From: Sphaerisporangium sp. B11E5
GTDB lineage: Bacteria > Actinomycetota > Actinomycetes > Streptosporangiales > Streptosporangiaceae
DNA length: 64,000 nucleotides
Direction: 5' to 3'
NCBI RefSeq assembly: GCF_039871875.1
Contig: NZ_JBDPMD010000008.1
Coordinates: 108,422-172,421 of the forward strand
Shown here: one piece after another, positions 57,034 to 64,000 of the stretch
Position numbering within the stretch: position 1 is the stretch's first letter
How the letters are laid out: every line of letters starts with the position of its first letter
Made by a program: the position numbers and the translations under genes
The notes under the pieces: model-generated
What the model was told of the DNA's origin: nothing
Databases searched by the model: none
Seen by the model: the letters and a program-made list of their open reading frames with translations, nothing else

Positions 57034-58469
57034 CAGGGGCACGCCTCCTCGCGCATCCGGTCGGCGGGCAGTGCCGAGTACGTGGCGGGGAGAGGCCGGA
57101 GGCCGAGCAGCGGCAGAGCCTGCCGGACGGTCGTCCGCGGGTCGAGGAGCCGGTCCCAGTGCTCCCAGACGGCTTGACGCGCGCCGGGCCGGGCCAGCAG
57201 GTGGCGGGAGTACTCCAGTTCGGCCGCGCTGTAGTCCACCCAGCCCATGTCGGACCTGCCCATGGTCCCGACGCGCCGGTTGCCGAACTTCCTGATGATC
57301 TCGACGTCGACGGGGAGTCGCTGCGCGGCGGTGTGACCGGCCAGCCAGAGCGCGACGACGGTCCGGGCCTGGTCGCGGGCGTCGCAGGACAGACTGTCGA
57401 CCTGCGAGTTCCTGCCGCCCCACGGCAGCCCGGTGATCGCCGCGGCCGTCCGCGCCGCGAGGGTCCTGCGGTAGGCGGTCTCCCCGCCGTTGCGTCCCCA
57501 CGTCTGCCCCGGCCGTACCGAACGGTCGGCGTCGGCCTGCGGCAGGTAGAACTCCATGTCCCCGCCGGCGCGCTGCCTGATCTGCGGCAGGTGAGCCCGC
57601 GCCGCCGGAGGGAGGGCCCTCGCCACCGGTTCCACCGCACCGGCCCACAGCGCGATCCACGGCTCGTAGCCGGGGAAGGCGCAATAGGTGAGATCGCCGC
57701 GGCGCTCGCAGTGCTGGGTGGCCGCCGGGACGTCCTGGGCCTCTCCCGCCGTGGCCGTCGTCACGCCGGCCGCCACGGCCAGGGCCGTGACGGCGGCCGT
57801 GACGCGCGCCGGCCGGGGCCCGTACCGCAGGAGGGCGGCGGCGCCGGCGAGCACGACCAGGGCGCAGACGTACACCACGTGCAGGCCGGAGGGCCGGGAC
57901 AGGTGGACCGGCATGTCCCACACGAACACCACCGGGAGCAGCCGGCCGCCCGCTCCTACGATCATGGCCATGCCGAGCAGGAAGATCGCCACCAGAGGTG
58001 CCATGGGGTGCGGGATCCAGCGCCCGAGGGCGACCCCGAGGGCCGCCGCGAGCGCCACCGCGGCGACACCGCCGCACAGTTCGTAGACGTCGAGGCGGCC
58101 GGCGGGCACGGCATCGACCGACAGGGTGGCCAGCAGGAGAAGGGTCGCCGCGGTCGCGCCGAGGACGGCGACCGCGCAGGTGGCGACGACCGCCGCCGAG
58201 GTACGGGCCGGCGCGCGCACCGGCAGTGCGGCCAGTGCCTCCCGTATGCCGTCGCGGCGGTCGCGCGTGGTGACCAGGTTGGCGGCCACGAGGGCCGCGG
58301 CGCCGACGATGAGGGTCGCCGTGGCGGTGTGCACCGCCTCCAGCGACCAGTTCGGCATCATCTGCCATGTCATCGTGGCCCGCCACGTCACCGCGAGCGC
58401 CGCCGCGGCCCACAGCAGGGGAGAGCGCAGCAGGCGTCTGACCTCGAAGAGGGCGAGGGCCGTCCTCAT
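57033..58469 (-). CDS. Putative ABC transporter permease with large C-terminal soluble domain
   Basis: ATGA overlap with the ATPase stop. About 7 N-terminal TM helices. Confidence 0.55.
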   Translation of the reverse strand: MRTALALFEVRRLLRSPLLWAAAALAVTWRATMTWQMMPNWSLEAVHTATATLIVGAAALVAANLVTTRDRRDGIREALAALPVRAPARTSAAVVATCAVAVLGATAATLLLLATLSVDAVPAGRLDVYELCGGVAAVALAAALGVALGRWIPHPMAPLVAIFLLGMAMIVGAGGRLLPVVFVWDMPVHLSRPSGLHVVYVCALVVLAGAAALLRYGPRPARVTAAVTALAVAAGVTTATAGEAQDVPAATQHCERRGDLTYCAFPGYEPWIALWAGAVEPVARALPPAARAHLPQIRQRAGGDMEFYLPQADADRSVRPGQTWGRNGGETAYRRTLAARTAAAITGLPWGGRNSQVDSLSCDARDQARTVVALWLAGHTAAQRLPVDVEIIRKFGNRRVGTMGRSDMGWVDYSAAELEYSRHLLARPGARQAVWEHWDRLLDPRTTVRQALPLLGLRPLPATYSALPADRMREEACP

Positions 58470-59323
58470 GCGGCGGTCGCCGTGGAGGAGGTGTCGAGGG
58501 CGAGCAGGTAGCCGTCCTCGATCGTGGGGTCGGCGGGTTCCGCTCCCGCCGGCCGCTGCCCGAGGGTGCGGTACATCCCCTCGGACGTCCGCCAGAACAG
58601 CCCCGCGTGCGGCCGCTCGGCCGACTGCCAGACCAGCCCCGCGGCGCCGGCGGTGAGGCCGGCCGGAGTGCCGTCGAACACCACCTGGCCGTCCTTCATC
58701 GTGATGACCCGCTCGCACAGGGCGGCCACGTCCTCGGTCTGGTGGGTGGACAGCAGCACTGTGCGGCTCTCGCCCAGCCGGGAGATCAACGCGCGGAAGC
58801 GCATCCGCTGCTCGGGGTCCAGGCCGACGGTGGGCTCGTCGAGCACGAGGAGCTCCGGCTCGCCGAGCAGAGCCTGAGCCAGGGCGAGCCGTTGCCGCAT
58901 GCCGCCGGACAGCTTGCGGATCCGGGTCGTGGCGCGGTCGGCCAGGTCCACCTCCGCCAGCACGCGCCGCACCTCGCCGTGCCGGTGGCGCCGGTCGGTC
59001 ATCTCTTTGAGAATCGCGATGTAGTCCAGCAGCTCGAACGCCGTGAAGCGGGTGAAGAATCCCGGCTCCTGCGGCAGGTAGCCGAGACGGCGGCGCGCCT
59101 CGGTGCGCTGCTCACGGTCGGCGATGTCCAGGCCGAGGACACGGATGTCTCCGCGGTCGGGGGCGAGGGTGGTGGCCAGGCAGCGCAGCAGTGTCGTCTT
59201 CCCGGCGCCGTTCGGGCCGAGCAGCCCGGTGACTCCCGGTCCGAAGTCCAAGCTGAGCCCGTCGAGCGGCTTGACCCGGCCGAAGGTCTTGGTCAGCTCG
59301 TGAACGCTGACGGTTGTGGTCAA
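58466..59323 (-). CDS. ABC transporter ATP-binding protein (TTG start)
   Basis: Walker A GPNGAGKTT, LSGGMRQR, LLVLDEPT. GGGAGGG lies 6 nt before TTG. Confidence 0.75.
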   Translation of the reverse strand: MTTTVSVHELTKTFGRVKPLDGLSLDFGPGVTGLLGPNGAGKTTLLRCLATTLAPDRGDIRVLGLDIADREQRTEARRRLGYLPQEPGFFTRFTAFELLDYIAILKEMTDRRHRHGEVRRVLAEVDLADRATTRIRKLSGGMRQRLALAQALLGEPELLVLDEPTVGLDPEQRMRFRALISRLGESRTVLLSTHQTEDVAALCERVITMKDGQVVFDGTPAGLTAGAAGLVWQSAERPHAGLFWRTSEGMYRTLGQRPAGAEPADPTIEDGYLLALDTSSTATAA

Positions 59324-60144
59324 CGGGTCCCTCCCGCGTCGAGGCGGCTGCGCCGCAGGTAGACGAAGACGGCGAGTACCGCGGCCGTGGTGCCGTACAC
59401 CATCTGCGCCGGCGGCTGGAACGGCAGCAGACGGTCGCCGGTGAACTGGCCGGCGGCGAACACCCCGATGAGCCATGCCACCACGAGCAGCGGCGCGGCG
59501 GTCCGCACCGGAACGCGGACGGACAGCGCGAGGCAGGCCGTGACGAGCGCCAGCCCCGGGCACAACCAGGCGACCGTCACCACCGGTGGGGCCGGGAGGA
59601 ACGGCATCGTCGCCGCGGCCAGGGGCGTCGCGGTGACCAGCACGGCGCCGGTGCGCACCAGCAGGAGCCGGCTCCCCGCCATGGGGGTGGCGGCGAGCAT
59701 CTCGTGGGCCGCGTCGATCCGGGGGGCGTAGGCGATCGCCACCCCGACCAGGGGCGACACCGGAGCCGCCACGAGGAAGGGCAGCAGCGCCGCGGGATGG
59801 GCGGGTGCCCAGTGCGCGGCCGCGACGGCGAACGTCAGCACCGCGGCGACCCCCAAGAGCCACGCCCGGCTGAGCATCGGGGTGGCCGCCAGCAGCCGTG
59901 CCATGTGCTCGGGGACGCCGAGCCGGCGCAGCGTGCGCTCGATGACGGTGAGCCGCGGCCTGCCGATCGTGTCCTCGATGGCGGCCCAGGAACGTGACAG
60001 CCACGCGTCCTCACGGGGCAGGGTGTTCCGGCATCGTTCACACCGGGTCAGGTGCGTCTCGATGGACATCGAGGTCACCGGGTCGAGCCGGCTCGACACG
60101 TAGCGTTCCAGCAGATCGGTGTCGACGTGCCAGGTTCCGCTCAT
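59320..60144 (-). CDS. Membrane-spanning anti-sigma factor with N-terminal zinc-binding (ZAS-like HxxxCxxC) domain
   Basis: IETHLTRCERCRN motif, then 6 TM helices. ATGA overlap with the sigma factor stop. Confidence 0.65.
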   Translation of the reverse strand: MSGTWHVDTDLLERYVSSRLDPVTSMSIETHLTRCERCRNTLPREDAWLSRSWAAIEDTIGRPRLTVIERTLRRLGVPEHMARLLAATPMLSRAWLLGVAAVLTFAVAAAHWAPAHPAALLPFLVAAPVSPLVGVAIAYAPRIDAAHEMLAATPMAGSRLLLVRTGAVLVTATPLAAATMPFLPAPPVVTVAWLCPGLALVTACLALSVRVPVRTAAPLLVVAWLIGVFAAGQFTGDRLLPFQPPAQMVYGTTAAVLAVFVYLRRSRLDAGGTR

Positions 60145-60722
60145 GCGAGATGCTCCCGAAGTCGCGCTTTGGCCCTCATCACACGGGTCTTCACGGTGCC
60201 CTGAGGGATACCGAGGAGGATCGCGGCCTCGCGCACGGTCAGCCCGTCGAGGACGGTCGCCTGGAGTGCCGCCCGCAGTTCGGGCGAGAGGCGCTGGAGC
60301 GCGGTGGCGAGGTCACCGTGCCCCAGTTTGAGCATGACGACGTCCTCCACCGAGCCCTCAGGCACCTGGACGTCCTCAAGCGGCACACCGGAGCCGATCC
60401 AGCGGTTCCCGCGTCCGCGCAGCAGCGAGACCAGCCGGCGGACCGCGATCGTCCACATCCAGGCCGCCGGCTCTCCCCGCGACGGCGCGTAGCGGCCGGC
60501 GCTGTTCCAGATCGCCAGGAAGGTGTCCTGGATCGCCTCGTCGACGATGTCGTCGTCGGGGCACCTGCGGGACAGCCGCATCCGCAGCCACGGCGCGTGC
60601 CGTGTGTGGAGGGTTCGCAGGGCCTCGACCCTGCCCTCGGCCGCGGCGGCCAGCAGGGCGACGTCGTCCTCCACGTCCGGCGGAGGGGAATGCGCTTGCC
60701 GGCTGCGAAATAATCGCTTCAC
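60141..60722 (-). CDS. ECF (group IV) RNA polymerase sigma-70 factor
   Basis: Region 2 DDIVDEAIQDTFLAIW and region 4 LTVREAAILLGIPQGTVKTRVMRAKARLR. Confidence 0.8.
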   Translation of the reverse strand: MKRLFRSRQAHSPPPDVEDDVALLAAAAEGRVEALRTLHTRHAPWLRMRLSRRCPDDDIVDEAIQDTFLAIWNSAGRYAPSRGEPAAWMWTIAVRRLVSLLRGRGNRWIGSGVPLEDVQVPEGSVEDVVMLKLGHGDLATALQRLSPELRAALQATVLDGLTVREAAILLGIPQGTVKTRVMRAKARLREHLA

Positions 60723-60788
60723 ACCATGTCTATCGCAGCGTGGCGTGTGCCAGGTTCGTCATATGCGGCAGAATCCGAATATCCCGCC

Positions 60789-61617
60789 ATGGACGAGTCC
60801 TTCCTCTTGGCGGTGGAGAAGGTGGACGAACGTATCGACAGGCTGACGGTGGGGTCGCCGGCCACAGGGGCGCGGCGTTCGGTGTGGGTGATGAGGCCGG
60901 TGACGTGGACGCGCGGGTCCACGGGCTGGCGTGCGTTGTCCATGCTTCACAGTTGTTGTGCCGGTGGTGGGTGGGACTGGCTGAGGACGGGGGAGGTGGC
61001 GGCACTCACCGCCTCGCTGGATGTCGTCGTGATCGTTCCCGAGGCCGGGCCGATGGGGTGGTACACCGATTGGCGGGAGGGGCCCGCGTGGGAGACCTTT
61101 CACATGACTGAGGTGCGAGGTCTCGTGGAGCCCCGTTACGGGGTGGGTGACCGGCGTTCTGTCGTCGGGTACTCCATGGGGGGGGCACGGCGCTTTCATG
61201 TACGCCGCCCGCCATCCGGGCGTCTTCGAAGCCGCCGCCTCGCTTTCCGGTGTGCTGGACATTCGCGCCGACGTGGGTGGGTACCAGTCCTTCTTCCAGA
61301 GCAAGGGTGAATCCACCGACGCCGTCTGGGGACCGCCTTCGGACTGGCCGCCGCACAATCCCGCCGACCAGGTCTCCCGGCTGGGAGGGATCCGTCTGTA
61401 CGCCTCCACCGGCGACGGCGACCCCGGTCTCCTGGACGGGGGTGACGCGACGTACGACTGGGTGGAGGCCGGTATCCACCGGCAGAACACGAACTTCGCC
61501 GAAGCCGCGGAGAAGGCCGGTGTTCCCCTGACCAAGGACTTCTACGGGCCCGGCACCCACACCTGGCCCTACTGGATCGCCTCGTTGGAGAAGGCCCTTC
61601 CTCTGCTTCTTCCTTGA
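60789..61617 (+). pseudogene. Esterase-family (PF00756-like, Ag85/esterase D-type) gene interrupted by +1 frameshift in a G8 homopolymer (~61173-61180)
   Basis: GYSMGG in one frame continues as HGAFMYAARHPGVFEAAASLSG in the next frame after a run of 8 G. Removing one G restores GYSMGGHGAF. Confidence 0.6.
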
Positions 61618-61740
61618 GCTCGGGGGCTCGCGGGACGGTGGGACCGGTGACGCTGAACGTACTCGCGCAATCCGGGGCCCGGAACTTCGGCGCGCCTGGG
61701 GCGGTAAGTGACAGGAGAGGCCGCACCTTAGGGAGACCCC

Positions 61741-62922
61741 ATGCGTGACCACGCGAGGCCACCCGTCATCGCTCTAGCCGTCGCCGCGGTCCTCGCCGCG
61801 TGCGCCCCGGCGCCGGAAGCCGCGCCGAAGGCGGTGCCGGTCGTCACGCCGGCGGCGACGGCCCCGGCGCCGCCCCGTGTGCCGTCCGGCGACGGCCTGC
61901 CCGGGCAGGCCGTCTTCGTGACCTTCGCCGGCGCGGACAGCGCCTTCGTGCTGCTCGCCGAGTGTGAGGGCGAGCAGGGCACCGCCGGGCAGCGCTGCCG
62001 CCAGCACATCGGGGTGCTGGAGGACGGGCGCTGGCACCTGCGCCGCTCGCCCCTGCCTGACATCACCGGCGACGACGGCATCACCGCGGACATCCGGGCC
62101 CTCGCCCCGGGTCAGGCGCTCGTGACGGTGGGCACCGGCAGGGACCCCGACCGCACCTGGGTCACCGCCGACGGCGCGCGGACGTGGACCCGCGGCACCA
62201 CCGAGGTGAAGGGCACCGTGGACGCCGTCCCGCCCGGTGCTCTCCTCGTCACGGACTGCCGGGGCATCGAGGACGGTGGCTGCGTCGAGTCCCGCCTCGC
62301 GCTCGTCATGCCGGGCACCGGCGAGCACCGTGCCCTGGCCACCCAGCCCGCCCTCACCGGTGTCCTCGTCCCCGCAGGCACCAGCCGGGACGGCGCCCGC
62401 TGGGTGTCCGGTGTGGACCCCGCCACCCGCCTGCCCGCCCTGGCCGTCACCCACGACGCCGGGCGCACCTGGCAGACCCGCGCTCTCCAGGGCCCGGGCC
62501 GCGAGGACACCTGGGGCCTGCGCGTCGTGGACTCCGGCACCGTCCTCTACGCGGTGGAGCGCGGCCAGCTCCCCCCGGAGGAGGTGGTCAAGAACGGCCT
62601 GCGCGCCATTCACCGCAGCACCGACAACGGCCGAACCTGGGAGCGCGTCTGGTCGTTCCGCCCCGGCAGGGACCCCCGTTCGGTCCTCGCCGACGTGGTC
62701 GTCACCCCGGCCGGCACCCTCATCCTGCACGCCGAGGACGGCGTCTACCGCAGCGAGGACGGTGGCCGGACGTTCAGCAAGACCGCCGGCGGCCCCACGC
62801 CCGGCACGGTGACCTGGACACCGATCGGCTACGTGTGGTCCCACGACGGGGGGCCGGGCGAGTACAAGGTCTCCCTGGACGGCCTCACCTGGCACACCTT
62901 CGTCCTCGGCGGCTCCGGCTGA
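61741..62922 (+). CDS. Lipoprotein with BNR/Asp-box repeats (Ycf48/sialidase-like beta-propeller)
   Basis: Signal peptide plus lipobox LAAC. Repeated SxDxGxTW motifs (ADGARTWT, HDAGRTWQ, TDNGRTWE, EDGGRTFS). RBS GGGAGA. Confidence 0.65.
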   Translation: MRDHARPPVIALAVAAVLAACAPAPEAAPKAVPVVTPAATAPAPPRVPSGDGLPGQAVFVTFAGADSAFVLLAECEGEQGTAGQRCRQHIGVLEDGRWHLRRSPLPDITGDDGITADIRALAPGQALVTVGTGRDPDRTWVTADGARTWTRGTTEVKGTVDAVPPGALLVTDCRGIEDGGCVESRLALVMPGTGEHRALATQPALTGVLVPAGTSRDGARWVSGVDPATRLPALAVTHDAGRTWQTRALQGPGREDTWGLRVVDSGTVLYAVERGQLPPEEVVKNGLRAIHRSTDNGRTWERVWSFRPGRDPRSVLADVVVTPAGTLILHAEDGVYRSEDGGRTFSKTAGGPTPGTVTWTPIGYVWSHDGGPGEYKVSLDGLTWHTFVLGGSG

Positions 62923-62955
62923 CGCTCTTCTCCAACCGATCATCCGACGCCTAAT

Positions 62956-63870
62956 ATGTGGCGAATGTCCCCTCATGACGTAATAGACGCCGTCCCGCGA
63001 TGGCCCGCCGCGGTCGCCTCCGCCGAGGTCTTCGGCCTCGGTGAGGGCCCCGTCTGGGACCCGGCACGCGACCGCGTGCTGTGGGTGGACATCGACGCGG
63101 GCACCGTCCACGAGGGCCGCCTCGACGGCGACCGCATCGTGTGCACCGGCTCCCACCACGTGGACCGGACGGCCGGCGCGGTCGCCGTCGCACCGTCCGG
63201 GGACCTGCTCGTCGCCGGCACGCACGCCCTGGTCACCGTGACCACGGAGGGCGCCCGCGTCTCCGGCCCGGTGATCCTGCCGCCCGGCTCCGGCCGCCGC
63301 CTCAACGACGGCGCCTGCGACCCCGCGGGCGCCTTCCTCGTCGGCAGCATGACCCTGGACGAGGAGGCCGCCGGCACCACCGAGGTGCTCGTGCGTGTGG
63401 AAAGGGACGGACGCGTCACCGTGCTCGACGACGACCTCGCCCTGTCCAACGGCCTCGCGTGGAGCGCCGACGGCACTGTGCTGTACAGCGTCGACACCCT
63501 GCCCGGCCGTGTCTGGGCCCGCCCGTACGACGCCGCCACCGGCGCCGTCGGCCCCCGCCGCGAGTGGCTCCACCTCGCCGGCGGCCTGCCCGACGGCCTG
63601 TGCGTGGACGCCGAGGACCACGTCTGGGTCGCCGTCTGGGGCGGCGGCCAGGTCCGCAGGTACACCCCGGACGGCGTGCTCGCCGGGGTCGTGGACGTGC
63701 CCGCCCCCCACACCACCAGCATGGCGTTCGTCGGCGACCGGCTGCTCATCACCACCGCCGCCTTCGGCCTCACCGAGGAGCAACGGGCCGAGTACCCCGA
63801 CTCCGGCCGCCTCTTCCTCGCCGACCCCGGCACCACGGGCCTGCCGCCCCGCCAGTGGTCCGGCGGCTAG
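62956..63870 (+). CDS. SMP-30/gluconolactonase/LRE-like family protein
   Basis: GEGPVWD…LWVDI…NGLAWSADG…LYSVDT pattern of regucalcin-type six-bladed propellers. Confidence 0.7.
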   Translation: MWRMSPHDVIDAVPRWPAAVASAEVFGLGEGPVWDPARDRVLWVDIDAGTVHEGRLDGDRIVCTGSHHVDRTAGAVAVAPSGDLLVAGTHALVTVTTEGARVSGPVILPPGSGRRLNDGACDPAGAFLVGSMTLDEEAAGTTEVLVRVERDGRVTVLDDDLALSNGLAWSADGTVLYSVDTLPGRVWARPYDAATGAVGPRREWLHLAGGLPDGLCVDAEDHVWVAVWGGGQVRRYTPDGVLAGVVDVPAPHTTSMAFVGDRLLITTAAFGLTEEQRAEYPDSGRLFLADPGTTGLPPRQWSGG

Positions 63871-63871
63871 C

Positions 63872-64000
63872 GTGCGCGCCTTCGTCGTCACCGCGCCCCG
63901 CCGGGGTGCCGTCATGGACGTGCCGGCGCCCGTCCCGCCGCGCGGGGAGGTGGTGGTGGACGTCGAGCGGGTGGGGTTGTGCGGCACGGACGCCGAGTTC
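63872..64000 (+). CDS. Zn-dependent alcohol dehydrogenase (MDR family), N-terminal fragment (window edge)
   Basis: VRAFVVTAPRRGAVMDVPAPVPPRGEVVVDVERVGLCGTD matches the GxCGxD zinc-ligand region. Confidence 0.55.
   Translation, partial: MRAFVVTAPRRGAVMDVPAPVPPRGEVVVDVERVGLCGTDAEF

Noticed and set aside
1-64000. Searched for CRISPR arrays, tRNA/rRNA genes and integrase/att sites
   Set aside because: No regularly spaced direct repeats with unique spacers, no cloverleaf-like conserved tRNA stretches and no rRNA-like low-GC conserved blocks were seen. The only mobile element is the IS5-family copy.

Overview
High-GC (~70-72%, very strong GC3 bias) actinomycete chromosomal DNA, Streptomyces-like. 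About 60 protein-coding genes are supported and are listed individually below.

Recognisable content:
- Secreted toxin: a 2473-aa signal-peptide-bearing RHS/YD-repeat polymorphic toxin with a low-GC C-terminal toxin module and no obvious immunity gene.
- Potassium uptake: a complete kdpF-A-B-C-D-E operon with an extra upstream micro-ORF.
- Mobile element: an 890-bp IS5-family (IS427-group) element inserted exactly at the kdpE TAA stop, flanked by decayed genes (an HATPase_c anti-sigma-like gene and an XRE-HTH gene).
- Transport and regulation: several ABC exporter cassettes, two NarL-type two-component systems, an ECF sigma / ZAS anti-sigma / ABC operon joined by overlapping stop-start codons, and an ArsR-CDF metal efflux pair.
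- Redox: a MerR regulator overlapping a thioredoxin gene.
- Resistance-like pair: a GT1 glycosyltransferase convergent with an APH phosphotransferase.
- Enzymes and others: lysA coupled to a small SseB-like gene, an AA10 lytic polysaccharide monooxygenase, a BNR lipoprotein, an SMP-30 lactonase and assorted small enzymes.

Most interesting region (about 23.5-36.5 kb): an island of large signalling/effector-like genes. It comprises a 1466-aa TPR-CHAT (caspase-like) protein tightly followed by a Cys-rich 130-aa protein and a multi-TM protein; a Ser/Thr kinase translationally coupled to a flotillin/SPFH-like protein whose N-terminal module is tandemly triplicated; a convergent 717-aa TPR-repeat protein; and a divergent membrane-protein locus with GATATC-rich operator-like repeats and a frame switch. 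I propose this as a candidate previously undescribed CHAT-protease / kinase / membrane-effector (conflict or stress-response) system.

Several frameshifted genes are noted, including an esterase with a poly-G8 slip. No rRNA, tRNA or CRISPR arrays were seen. Many long antisense ORFs in the six-frame track are high-GC artefacts and are rejected below.
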